IMG/VR virus record: IMGVR_UViG_3300022413_000013
Coordinates: 1-56,908 of that record
Origin: a virus
Lineage: Duplodnaviria > Caudoviricetes
Reading direction: 5' to 3' (one strand)
Length of the DNA stretch: 56,908 nucleotides
Below the pieces are notes generated by a model, which was not told where the DNA came from, did not search any database, and saw only the letters and a list, made by a program, of their open reading frames with translations. Shown here one piece after another: positions 17,920 through 26,612 of the stretch (positions within the stretch are counted from its first letter, which is position 1; every line of letters starts with the position of its first letter). The position numbers were made by a program, and so were the translations under genes.

Positions 17920-18507
17920 AAACAACGGGTGATCAAGTTTCGAGGCCTCTTGCACATAGCCGCTATGATCGGGCGATCGGTCCCAGATGGTGCGCGCCAT
18001 TCGATCGACCTTGTCGCCGTCGAGTTCGAGCAAACCGCCGATTTTCTCGGCGACGTACGCGGGATTTCTGACGAGCATTTCGAACGTTGTGTGCACGTGC
18101 TTTGGATAGATCCTCACGGCATCGAGAAAGCGCCGCTCTTCCTTGCGAATATGAGCTTGAAGCGCCCTTGCGTTCGTCGTCACATGCTGGCCGCACGTCT
18201 TCAACAACGTGAGCTGCGATCGCGCTTGCTGCCGATGGTCTCTGGTCAAGATGATCACGCGAAAATCTCGCGTGGTCGGCAGGCTGGCGCGGTGCGGATC
18301 GAGAAGCTTGAACGCGGTTTGCGGGTCCATCTGGTCGATCCACGCATGATCGTCCGGCAACTTCAACATGTCGCCGCTTTCGAACGACCAGCCTACCTTG
18401 TCGTAGTCGCAATGGACCTTAATCCCGGCGGCGTAAAGCATCTTCATAACAGCCGTTGTCCCGCAACGACCAAGACCACAAACAACGATTAGATAATCTT
18501 CGATCAT
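17917..18507 (-). CDS. Sulfotransferase-family protein
   Basis: N-terminal IVVCGLGRCGTT (5'-PSB loop), VIILTRD...S (3'-PB), FE-x-LV-x-NP. Confidence 0.75.
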   Translation of the reverse strand: MIEDYLIVVCGLGRCGTTAVMKMLYAAGIKVHCDYDKVGWSFESGDMLKLPDDHAWIDQMDPQTAFKLLDPHRASLPTTRDFRVIILTRDHRQQARSQLTLLKTCGQHVTTNARALQAHIRKEERRFLDAVRIYPKHVHTTFEMLVRNPAYVAEKIGGLLELDGDKVDRMARTIWDRSPDHSGYVQEASKLDHPLF

Positions 18508-18629
18508 GCTATGTCCCTCAAAAGCAACCCGCCCATTTTGCAATGCGCTTTGACTTGATCGGTGGTCCCGACGATCGCCCCGCACCCTTCGCAAACGTAG
18601 ATATTTTTCTTGCCCTTGAATCCGGTCAA
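18504..18629 (-). CDS. 41-aa CxxC peptide (possible internally deleted gene remnant)
   Basis: TTG start coupled at both ends: MTGFKGKKNIYVCEGCG...GGLLLRDIA; below the ORF-track cutoff. Confidence 0.5.
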   Translation of the reverse strand: MTGFKGKKNIYVCEGCGAIVGTTDQVKAHCKMGGLLLRDIA

Positions 18630-18943
18630 TGCACCGTCCTCGAGTCCAGGTGTGTAAAATCGCCCCCCGCTAAACGATTATTATCGACGCTATGGCGGTT
18701 TTTCTGCTCGTCAGCGGCCGATGTCGAGCGCCCGGCTGGGTGTGTACCTGATTTCAGATTTTGGCCGCTGGCGCCCCCTTTGCCGAAACTTTCTTTTGCG
18801 ATGGCGGCTATCACCATCAAAACCAAGACCAGAATCGGAATTCCGTACCAGAATTGGCCTTGCTGCAAGCCGTAGCCAGCAAGCGCTGACAGTCCTAGCA
18901 GGATCAGCAGCACGACGGCGCCGCGCCTCTGTTGGCGTGTCAT
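18626..18943 (-). CDS. Two-TM membrane protein
   Basis: MTRQQRRG followed by two hydrophobic helices. Confidence 0.6.
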   Translation of the reverse strand: MTRQQRRGAVVLLILLGLSALAGYGLQQGQFWYGIPILVLVLMVIAAIAKESFGKGGASGQNLKSGTHPAGRSTSAADEQKNRHSVDNNRLAGGDFTHLDSRTVH

Positions 18944-19494
18944 GGCCAAGTCCCTTCGTTGGGCGGCACACGCCGCAAACATTCGACCGCGTCCCACACC
19001 GGACCGTCGGGCAAGCCGATGTCGCGGCGCTTGCCGAGGGCCAGGTCGAGCGCTTGAAACAGGATTTTCTGGCGATCCGCGGCGCCGGTTCGGCGAACGT
19101 GCGTGGTCATCACGCCGCGATACTGTTCGGTGATCCGCCTTGCCCATTCGAGAACGCTAGTCGCCCTGATGCGCTCCCAAGGGTCGTCGTAGCCGAGCGC
19201 CAGCGGCGCCGACTTGCTCGGCAAGGCGTCGACAGCTTGCGACCAGGCCGGCCACCATTCGCAAGTCTCGCCGAGCTTTTCGAGAGCGTCGACGACGAGG
19301 GCGGGCGACCAGTCGAGCAAATCATCCGTCCACAGCTCGAAGATGGCGTCGCGGTCCTTCTCCTGATCCTTCGTATGTTTCGTCCGGCTCCACAACTTCA
19401 GGATCGCGAGCATCACGAGCTGCTCGCCTCTGTCGGCGGCTGTAGACTCGTCGGATCGAATCGGCGGCGCTTCCGCCGACATCAAAATTGCCAT
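18940..19494 (-). CDS. Putative helicase loader (lambda P/G39P-like position)
   Basis: Immediately downstream of the initiator; W-x-x-DL...WWPAW motif. Confidence 0.55.
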   Translation of the reverse strand: MAILMSAEAPPIRSDESTAADRGEQLVMLAILKLWSRTKHTKDQEKDRDAIFELWTDDLLDWSPALVVDALEKLGETCEWWPAWSQAVDALPSKSAPLALGYDDPWERIRATSVLEWARRITEQYRGVMTTHVRRTGAADRQKILFQALDLALGKRRDIGLPDGPVWDAVECLRRVPPNEGTWP

Positions 19495-20338
19495 CGTTCG
19501 GTTTCCTTTCGCTCGGCGCGTGCAGCTCGTCGTTCCAACAGCCTTTGTGCAGCCACGTCGCCGGGTGTTTGATCGAGACGTCGGATAGCCGGCACCAGGC
19601 CATGTAGCGCTCGACGCCGGCGCAAAGCTCGGCGTGCGTCGCCTTGCCGGCTTTGATCACCTGGCGGTAACGGCGCTCCCCTTCGGCCTTGGCGATCTTG
19701 GTTCCGGGGATCGACCATCGCGCCCAGAAATCATCAAAATCGTATTTCTTGGGCTGGCGATTGATCGGGCCAGATGGCGGTTTTCGACCATCTGGCCATA
19801 AGTTTGATTGAGGTTCGGAATCTCTAGAATCTGACTCTGATTCAGTAAGAGACTCAGACTCCCTAAGAGTCTTCCCTTTTTTAAGAGTCTTAGAGTCTTC
19901 TTTATATATGTGTGGGTTAAGTGTGGGTTGGGTCTGGGTTAAGTCTGGGTTAGAGTCTGGGTTAGAGTGTGGGTTAACGCCATCCGTAGAAGCCTGATAA
20001 GTGTCGTAATTACATATAGTTACGATGGTAAAGTGTGGGTTAGAGTGTGTGTTGATGAGTGAGTTAGATTTTAGCACTTTTAGCAAAGTCTTAGCTTTTT
20101 GGTGGGTTAGGTCGCTATCTTTTGCGATCCCGCGGACCGTTATGAGACATTGCCCCCTGGCGAGCTGAATCGGCTCTCTTGAGCGCGGGCTCGCGGCCGT
20201 CGTTGCTTTCCATACGGCCTTGCGCACGAGATATTGAAAGAGGCCTTGCAGCGCAAATTGCTTGTGCAAAATTGGGTTGTCGTCGATCGCGCGCCAGTTA
20301 AGGACAAAGCCGCCGGGTTTGGGGTGCCGATCAGCCAT
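19322..20338 (-). CDS. Phage replication initiator (lambda O-like)
   Basis: LARGQ...TIVTICNYDTYQ N-domain, iteron-encoded linker, FDDFW...KHPATWL...WNDE C-domain; start MADRHP. Confidence 0.85.
   Translation of the reverse strand: MADRHPKPGGFVLNWRAIDDNPILHKQFALQGLFQYLVRKAVWKATTAASPRSREPIQLARGQCLITVRGIAKDSDLTHQKAKTLLKVLKSNSLINTHSNPHFTIVTICNYDTYQASTDGVNPHSNPDSNPDLTQTQPTLNPHIYKEDSKTLKKGKTLRESESLTESESDSRDSEPQSNLWPDGRKPPSGPINRQPKKYDFDDFWARWSIPGTKIAKAEGERRYRQVIKAGKATHAELCAGVERYMAWCRLSDVSIKHPATWLHKGCWNDELHAPSERKPNDGNFDVGGSAADSIRRVYSRRQRRAARDARDPEVVEPDETYEGSGEGPRRHLRAVDG
19818..19977. other. Replication origin (iterons, AT-rich tract, GANTC cluster)
   Basis: Six 11-12 bp GT(G/C)TGGGTT(A) repeats at 19910-19977, adjacent TTTATATAT tract, 10 GANTC sites at 19818-19957. 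Confidence 0.8.
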
Positions 20339-20540
20339 GCGCAACGCCGATCGGCCCGGCGACGAGCGCCAGGCCATAGCAAAAAAGGTTCCGTCGGATT
20401 GCGCAAAAAAGCATTTTCTGCTTTTGTCTTTCCTACGAAGAGAGATTTTGAACCCCGTCGGCGAGCCAGGCCGCGGGGTTCTTTCTTTGGGAATCACCCC
20501 TAAGAACCCCATACCGGAGTCAAGTCGATTTGAAACCGCG

Positions 20541-20894
20541 CTACGCGGTCGCGTGCCTGAGTGCTTCGGCGTCTCCTGCCTGTGATCCAACGGGGAACAT
20601 TTCGACCTGCTCGTCGAGCTGCAAAATCTCGCGAGCCGCGTCGAATGTGCTGAGATAGAAGGCGCGTTGCTTGGCGTTTTTGGTGCGCTTCAGGCGCCGA
20701 ACCTCGTCAATCGCTTCGGTGTTGAGGCCCTTCGCTTGCGCCCTCTTCCGATGCTTTTCCAATAGCCCGACATGGCCTTTGTAGACATCCTGCGACGCTT
20801 GCGCCTCGCGTTCGAGCTTGGATTGTTCTTCGATGTAAGTGGTAATCAGATCCGGGTCGGTGTTCTCTTCGGAGACGATCAGCGGTCGCGACAT
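20541..20894 (-). CDS. GapR/DUF2312-like nucleoid-associated protein
   Basis: YIEE-x-x-KLE...AQAKGLNTEAIDEVRRLKR resembles the GapR AKxxGFDxKxxxxVxRxRK core; SD GAGGGG. Confidence 0.65.
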   Translation of the reverse strand: MSRPLIVSEENTDPDLITTYIEEQSKLEREAQASQDVYKGHVGLLEKHRKRAQAKGLNTEAIDEVRRLKRTKNAKQRAFYLSTFDAAREILQLDEQVEMFPVGSQAGDAEALRHATA

Positions 20895-21094
20895 GTCAAA
20901 CCCCTCTGTGTCGAGAAGTCCCGCGCGAATCCCTGCAGCCCCTGTTTTCTCCCGGTCTTTTACATTGCCAGCGACCGACCCCGAAAGGCATCTACCGTAT
21001 AAACGGCGAGATGGTCCGAGATCAAGCGATCTAACACAAAAAAGCGCGACAATATGGTCGCGTGTTAGGGCGCGAACATCTGGTCGAGCGTCGT

Positions 21095-21352
21095 TCATAC
21101 GCTTTCAAGGCATAGCGGCCGTTGCGCGCCCTCGCCGGGCTCGTCGCCCTCTTCGAATAGCAGCGATGGCGGGATATTCATCCCGCGTTCAATCGCCATT
21201 CGGATCACCTGAAGCTTGCGAGTTGCGGGCATGCCGTCACGACGCCAGTTCGAGATTGCCTGACTCGAGACGCCGAGAGCTTTGCAAGCCTGCGCGCGAG
21301 ACCCAAAAAGCAGGATCGTATCTTTGATAGGATCGTGTGCTGTTTTCATCAT
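21095..21352 (-). CDS. Cro-like HTH regulator
   Basis: FGSRAQACKALGVSSQAISNWRRDGMP, first gene of the replication operon. Confidence 0.85.
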   Translation of the reverse strand: MMKTAHDPIKDTILLFGSRAQACKALGVSSQAISNWRRDGMPATRKLQVIRMAIERGMNIPPSLLFEEGDEPGEGAQRPLCLESV

Positions 21353-21362
21353 GCTCGATCAA

Positions 21363-21477
21363 GTACAGCCATTCTTTACCCCGTCAAGATATTTTTGAAA
21401 TTGCGGCCTTGATCCACGTTCTCGTACAGAAAGGCTTTACTTTTAGGATTGACGCATACAGCAACCCTGTCTAATTT
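21363..21477. promoter_or_regulatory. Divergent early promoters with three 17-bp operators
   Basis: GTACAG-N5-CTTTAC at 21363 and 21424, ATACAG-N5-CTGTCT at 21456; rightward TTGACG-N17-TAATTT, leftward TTGACG at 21387-21382. Confidence 0.75.
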
Positions 21478-21516
21478 CGCCCAAGTGTGGAATTTATCTT
21501 TTTTTAGGGCAACCCA

Positions 21517-21840
21517 ATGAACACAGAAAAGATCTGCGACGCGGCGGCCGACGTGCCGGTCGCGTTCAAACGATGGCTCCCGGTTCAAGGGAAGTACGTT
21601 GACGACGCGATTTTGCGGCCTGCAGAGCAAGCGAAACTGGCCGCGGAATGCAACGAAACGCTGAAGGGCTTTTTCTTCGTCACGGCGTTGGCTGGGACTG
21701 GCGGAATCGATCTTCGCTACGTGATCGACGACGAGATCGTCGTTCAATTCACTTGTGAGAATAACGATCGCGTGCCTCAAGAGGTCGACCGCGTGATCGA
21801 GCACGCGCACAAGTTCGCATTGGAGCGGGCAAATGGGTGA
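21517..21840 (+). CDS. Hypothetical protein
   Basis: First gene of the rightward early operon; no HTH evident. Confidence 0.65.
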   Translation: MNTEKICDAAADVPVAFKRWLPVQGKYVDDAILRPAEQAKLAAECNETLKGFFFVTALAGTGGIDLRYVIDDEIVVQFTCENNDRVPQEVDRVIEHAHKFALERANG

Positions 21841-22249
21841 AATCGCCGAGGCTATGCTCGATGGAACGTTTTGCATGCATTGCGGCGAGACGTTGCTTCA
21901 CGGCCCCGAAGACGTCGCGAACGGCTTTCCGACGTCCTGTGGGTGCGATGGCGGCGACCACGCACTCGGCATCGAGAGCGACGCCGACGATCTCGACGGC
22001 CGCACGTGTGACATCTGCGGAAAGCTGTTCTCGACTGAAGATGGGGTTCTCGATCACATGAACGCCAAACATAAGGGCTGGGATACCGACGGCGACATTA
22101 AAATGCTCGTCGAGATCATCTATGAACTTTATCCGCTCGCCGAAGAACGGGTCGGGCAAAAAGGCTACTGCGGGACCGAGCCGGACTTTCTCCAAATCCA
22201 ATCCCGGCTTATGCACGTCATGAGCATGAACTCGCACCTCTTCGTATGA
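21833..22249 (+). CDS. C2H2 zinc-finger protein
   Basis: CMHCG and CDICGKLFSTEDGVLDHMNAKH. Confidence 0.7.
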   Translation: MGEIAEAMLDGTFCMHCGETLLHGPEDVANGFPTSCGCDGGDHALGIESDADDLDGRTCDICGKLFSTEDGVLDHMNAKHKGWDTDGDIKMLVEIIYELYPLAEERVGQKGYCGTEPDFLQIQSRLMHVMSMNSHLFV

Positions 22250-23289
22250 GCATGCAAGCCGCGCTCGATTTGCCGCCGGCGGGACTGTCAACCGATGAGC
22301 CCGCTTCGCCGCCTGAAATCCAGGCTTCGTCAACCCCAAACCCCGGAACGTCAACCGACGAGCTGCCTTTCGGCCTCGTGCCTTACGCCGAGGGCGAGTT
22401 CGACAAGATGCACGCCGCCGGCTCGATGCTATGTTCGGCGTCGGGCGTGCCGGCGCTTTTCAACACCATACCCCAGCGATACGGCAAGCTCGCTTATGCG
22501 CGTCATGTGAGCGGCGTCGAAGCTTTGCCCGACATCGGCGACGAGCTGCCGATTCGGCTTGGCCACATCCTCGAACCTTTCATCGCGACTCTTCTGAGCG
22601 AAATGCTCGACGTCGAGCTTCACAAGATCGACGCGTACTCGATGCATGAATTTTTGCCTCTGTTCGCGACGCCCGACTATTGGTGCGTGATCGATGGCGA
22701 GCTGTACATCATCGAAATCAAGAGCGTCGGCTCGAAGGTTTTCTATCGGGACTGGCGCGAGGCTGTGCCGCTACACGTCAGCTTGCAGCACCAATGCCAG
22801 TTCGCGACCACAGGCGCGGCGAGAGGCATCGTTGCCGTTTTCGATCGCAACTATTGCCAGCTCGAAACCTATGACACGACGCCGGTTCCCGAGGCGATCG
22901 AGCGCATCGAGTTCGGCGTCGACGGCTTCATGGCCAACCTGGGAAACGGCATCTTTCCGCCGCCCGACGAGGATTGCGAAGCCGACTTCGAGATCTTCCG
23001 GCGCCTGTGTTACCAGCACGAAGAAGAAAAGAAAGTGCTGATCCATGGCGAGCAGGCGCTCTTGCGGGCTAGCCAGTTCCAACAGGCAGTCGACGACAAG
23101 GCCGCCGCCGAGAAGGTCATCGCCGCTCAAAAGCGCTGGTTTCAAGGCAGAATGAAAACCGCCGAGATCTGCACTCTCGACGACGGCGGTTTCTTCCAAT
23201 GGCGCACCAACAAGACCAAAGGCAAAGACCAGCAACGGCCTAGCCGGGTTTTCAAATACAAAGAGATGAGGAGTTCGAACGATGGCTGA
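22246..23289 (+). CDS. YqaJ/lambda-exonuclease family recombinase nuclease
   Basis: SAS, GHILE, ATPD, IEIK, Q-x-Q-x-Q motifs. Confidence 0.88.
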   Translation: MSMQAALDLPPAGLSTDEPASPPEIQASSTPNPGTSTDELPFGLVPYAEGEFDKMHAAGSMLCSASGVPALFNTIPQRYGKLAYARHVSGVEALPDIGDELPIRLGHILEPFIATLLSEMLDVELHKIDAYSMHEFLPLFATPDYWCVIDGELYIIEIKSVGSKVFYRDWREAVPLHVSLQHQCQFATTGAARGIVAVFDRNYCQLETYDTTPVPEAIERIEFGVDGFMANLGNGIFPPPDEDCEADFEIFRRLCYQHEEEKKVLIHGEQALLRASQFQQAVDDKAAAEKVIAAQKRWFQGRMKTAEICTLDDGGFFQWRTNKTKGKDQQRPSRVFKYKEMRSSNDG

Positions 23290-24397
23290 AGCAGCCGAAC
23301 AGACGAAAGAACAGGCAAGGGCGGCGCTCGCGATCGTCCCCCTACAGACACAGCTTCCCGACGCCGCCGCAAAGCGAGGCATTACGGCTGAAGCCTGGCA
23401 CGTACTAAAAACTGTTCTCTACAAGGGCGCTTCCGACGAGATGGTTTGCACGGTCATCGACTATTGCAAGGCGCGCAAGCTCGACGTGATGAAAAAGCCG
23501 TTCCACATCGTTCTCGTTTGGGACGCCGACGCGAAGAAAATGGTTGAAGGTGTTTGGCCGGCGATCGCCGAGACTCGCATCACGGCCATGCGGACTAAAG
23601 AGTATGGCGGTATTTCGGACGTTCGGCACGGACAGACGAAAGAAAGGTCTTGGGGAAATACGAAGGTAGCCTTTCCAGAATGGGCGCAATACAGCGTTTT
23701 CCGCTTCGTCCGCGGCGAGTTCCGCGAGTTCTCCGGCCCGCGGGTCTATTGGCTCGAAGAGTACGCCGAGAAGAATGGCGGCGCCCCTAATCGCATGTGG
23801 GCAAGACGGCCGTTCGGCCAGCTCAACAAGTGCGCCGAAGCTGCAGCGTTGCGCGCGGCCTTCCCCGAAGAAACCGACAACATGCCGACCGCCGACGAGA
23901 TGGAAGGCAAGACCATCAACGGCAACTTGATGGAGGACATTACGCCGAAGAAGGACGGCAACGCCGCGGCGAACGAGTTCGCGAAGATCGGACAAGGCGC
24001 CGACCCCTTGGCGACGACGGTGATCGATGGCGACGGCGTGGTCGTCGAGGAAGGCGAGGCTGTCGAGGAAGTCCGCCAAGAGGCGACCCAAGAGTCGAAC
24101 GCGGGCGACCAGGCCAAGGCCAACAACAACATGATTGTTAAGGTCTATGCGTCGGCCGACGAGCCCGAACGCGAGTTGAAGTCGCTTTCGAATGCCGTCT
24201 ACGTAATCCGCAAGCTCATTAAGGACGCCAAGACGCCGGCGCTCGCAAAGACCATCTTCGATCGAAATGTCGACGTCCTCGCCAGAGTGCCGAAAGAGAC
24301 GGGCGACACGGTCGAAGCCGAGCTTAGAAAGAGGATGGAGAACGGGAAAACGGCGAAAGCCGGCAACGGCGAGGGCGCACAAGGCGCGCTGGTCTAG
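23282..24397 (+). CDS. bet: Single-strand annealing protein Bet/RecT
   Basis: YCKARKLD, PEWA, MW-x-x-RPFGQL-x-KCAEAAALRAAFPEE. Confidence 0.9.
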   Translation: MAEAAEQTKEQARAALAIVPLQTQLPDAAAKRGITAEAWHVLKTVLYKGASDEMVCTVIDYCKARKLDVMKKPFHIVLVWDADAKKMVEGVWPAIAETRITAMRTKEYGGISDVRHGQTKERSWGNTKVAFPEWAQYSVFRFVRGEFREFSGPRVYWLEEYAEKNGGAPNRMWARRPFGQLNKCAEAAALRAAFPEETDNMPTADEMEGKTINGNLMEDITPKKDGNAAANEFAKIGQGADPLATTVIDGDGVVVEEGEAVEEVRQEATQESNAGDQAKANNNMIVKVYASADEPERELKSLSNAVYVIRKLIKDAKTPALAKTIFDRNVDVLARVPKETGDTVEAELRKRMENGKTAKAGNGEGAQGALV

Positions 24398-24407
24398 GCT
24401 AAGGCGA

Positions 24408-24483
24408 GTTTCGCGGCTGACATCAGCGTGTGACAAGGCCCGGCCCGTCGGAGCATCTTAGCCGCGAGACCGACGGACCGGGC
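24408..24483 (+). ncRNA. Candidate structured RNA (pseudoknot or two-state switch)
   Basis: 24408-20 pairs with 24458-70 and 24438-51 pairs with 24470-83 (crossing helices). Confidence 0.45.
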
Positions 24484-24506
24484 GCCCCTGAAACGAGGTT
24501 GATTCC

Positions 24507-24980
24507 ATGGACAGTGTCGACAGCAATTCCAGTAATAGCTGGATTGCCCGTGCTGCGGCACTGTCCACCGAGTCAATTAGACTGCCACGGGTAGCTTGCC
24601 TATGTGCCGCCTGTTTCGTCTTCGGGGTTGCAGTGATGTACTTTCGACCAGGCCCGCCGACTCCGGGCGTGGTTGAAGCGGAGATCCCGGCGCGGAGTGT
24701 GGGAACGCTCGAACAATGCCGGGCTGATCTGGACGAAGCCGAACACATCATTGACCTGTCGCATGGTGCGGCGGGCGTCGTGGTTGGCGAATTAGCAAAA
24801 TGTCTAGGAAGGACAATAGGTCATGATAATAGCGTTCACGTCGAGAAAAGGCGGCGTCGGCAAATCGACGATGGCGCGGACCCTGGCGATAGCGATGAAA
24901 CAGGTCGGATTGAACCCGCTTCTCGCCGATCTCGACCCGCAACAGTCGACGTCCGACCGTTGGGCAAAGCGACGCCTTGA
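24507..24980 (+). CDS. Single-TM hypothetical protein
   Basis: SD GAGG, hydrophobic segment; 3' end overlaps the next gene. Confidence 0.55.
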   Translation: MDSVDSNSSNSWIARAAALSTESIRLPRVACLCAACFVFGVAVMYFRPGPPTPGVVEAEIPARSVGTLEQCRADLDEAEHIIDLSHGAAGVVVGELAKCLGRTIGHDNSVHVEKRRRRQIDDGADPGDSDETGRIEPASRRSRPATVDVRPLGKATP

Positions 24981-25845
24981 CCTGGTCGACGAGGCGGTTC
25001 ACGTCGACACGCATCGGTTTAGGCAGGCGAGGCAACTTCGCGAATGCCATGAGACATGGGACCACGTGATCGTTGATTGTCGGCCTTATGACAATGTCCT
25101 GATTCGTGATCTGGCCGGCGAGGCCGACGTCATCTTTCTGCCGAGCGGACCCGCCGACGACGACGTCGAGCCTACCCTCGATCTGCACAAGATCTTGCGC
25201 AATGAGCACACGACACAGGCGCGTGTTGCCGCTGTTCTGAACAACGTCGGGTCCCTGCCTGAGTGTTGGCGAGCCCGCACCGTGTTCGAGCTTGGCAAGT
25301 GCGAGCTGGTGCCGGCGGCGATGCCTGGACGGATCAGCTATCGGTCATGTTTGAACGCTGGTCGGACGCTGCAGGAAAACACGCGCGGCAACCTTCATGC
25401 GCGCTGCAACAAAGTGCTCGAAGGGATGTTCGAAATCATCGGGCAAGCAGCGCAAGGCGAGTATCGCCCGCTGACATGGTGGCCAGAGGAAGAAGCGACC
25501 ATCGAGGACGAGGCCGACGAGGGCGCCAAGATCGAAATCAATGTGCCGCCCGCGCTCGCGGCGACCGCCAGGTCGACAGAAGCGGTTGAAGTGGCGCCGG
25601 CGGAAGAGACGCCGGAACCGCCGGCACCAAAGCGCAAGAGGACGACCAGGCACGCAAAGGCAGAGACCGAGGCGACGCCGACCGAGAAAAAGGTCGAGCC
25701 GCCTAAGCCGCGGCGCCAGCGGGCGACCAAAGGGGCCAAGCCAGCGGCGGCAAAGGCGCCGGCGAAGCGGAAACCGGCGGCCAAGAAGACGGCGGCAAAG
25801 CCCGTTCGGCGAGCGACAAAGCCTGAAACCGCAAGCGCCGCTTAG
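24823..25845 (+). CDS. parA: ParA-family ATPase with a Lys/Ala-rich C-terminal tail
   Basis: RKGGVGKST, ADLDPQQS, VIVDC; tail KPAAAKAPAKRKPAAKKTAAK. Confidence 0.85.
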   Translation: MIIAFTSRKGGVGKSTMARTLAIAMKQVGLNPLLADLDPQQSTSDRWAKRRLDLVDEAVHVDTHRFRQARQLRECHETWDHVIVDCRPYDNVLIRDLAGEADVIFLPSGPADDDVEPTLDLHKILRNEHTTQARVAAVLNNVGSLPECWRARTVFELGKCELVPAAMPGRISYRSCLNAGRTLQENTRGNLHARCNKVLEGMFEIIGQAAQGEYRPLTWWPEEEATIEDEADEGAKIEINVPPALAATARSTEAVEVAPAEETPEPPAPKRKRTTRHAKAETEATPTEKKVEPPKPRRQRATKGAKPAAAKAPAKRKPAAKKTAAKPVRRATKPETASAA

Positions 25846-25850
25846 GGTCG

Positions 25851-26102
25851 ATGTTGGGCTTTGCGGTCAATCCCGGCGCCGACGCCGTGTATTTTGTGGC
25901 CATCTTCGACCATCCTAAAGACGCGCCGCAACACGTCGTCGCGCGCTGGAACGCATCGATTGCGGGTGGCGTTGTGGCCGCCCGGATCGCCGGATATTAC
26001 GAAACCATTGACCAGGCGAGAGCGGATGTTCCAGCGGGCGCTGTGCGCTTTATGCCGATGATCGGCGATCCGCCGAACCTGGTCGAGTCTTGGATGCTTT
26101 GA
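25851..26102 (+). CDS. Hypothetical protein
   Basis: IFDHPKD-x-P...DPPNLVESW phage-type small protein. Confidence 0.65.
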   Translation: MLGFAVNPGADAVYFVAIFDHPKDAPQHVVARWNASIAGGVVAARIAGYYETIDQARADVPAGAVRFMPMIGDPPNLVESWML

Positions 26103-26123
26103 CCTAGAAAGGATACCAATCAA

Positions 26124-26612
26124 ATGAGAGCAGCGCTTTTGAACGAGTTCGGCGTGTCGATCCTGAAGGAACGGCGAAAGATGGCGTACGAGGGCAAGCT
26201 CGACCCTAACAGCAGGCTAGCCAAAGACTTCGACTTGTTACTCGCCTTTGCCGAGCATGTGATAGCAACGCTTAAGCTCGATGTCTCGACGCCTGGCGCG
26301 GCGTTCGATGTCGAGGCGCCCGACGTAAGTTGCGAGGGCGAAGAACAGGTTATGATGGACGCCAGGCTAGGCGACGAGGCCTTGATCTACTTCGGCTATT
26401 ACACGCAGCCTCGGCGATATCGCATGGTCGCGGTTGGCGACGACGGTGCGCCTTGTGAGGCATGCAACGGCAAAGGTTGCGTTGATTGGGGCGGCGCGGA
26501 TTGTCTTTCTACGGAATTCAAGCCGTTGCTCGCGAACGATGTCGATAGGGTAACCAAGGCCCGTGAAATTCCAGCCACGGCGGCCATGGAAGCCGAGGCC
26601 GCCGAGAAATGA
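26124..26612 (+). CDS. Hypothetical protein
   Basis: SD AAGGA; CEACNGKG motif. Confidence 0.65.
   Translation: MRAALLNEFGVSILKERRKMAYEGKLDPNSRLAKDFDLLLAFAEHVIATLKLDVSTPGAAFDVEAPDVSCEGEEQVMMDARLGDEALIYFGYYTQPRRYRMVAVGDDGAPCEACNGKGCVDWGGADCLSTEFKPLLANDVDRVTKAREIPATAAMEAEAAEK

Noticed and set aside
19910-19977. Mini CRISPR array or telomere-like GGGTTA repeats
   Set aside because: No spacers; the 11-12 bp units inside the initiator gene fit origin iterons
20339-20590. N-terminal extension of the initiator ORF to 20590
   Set aside because: Low-complexity translation across an A/T-run and hairpin region, overlapping the GapR-like gene; ATG 20338 is more plausible
24416-24500. Hammerhead or HDV ribozyme call for the structured RNA
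   Set aside because: Lacks the CUGANGA core and the P3/P4 elements of HDV topology
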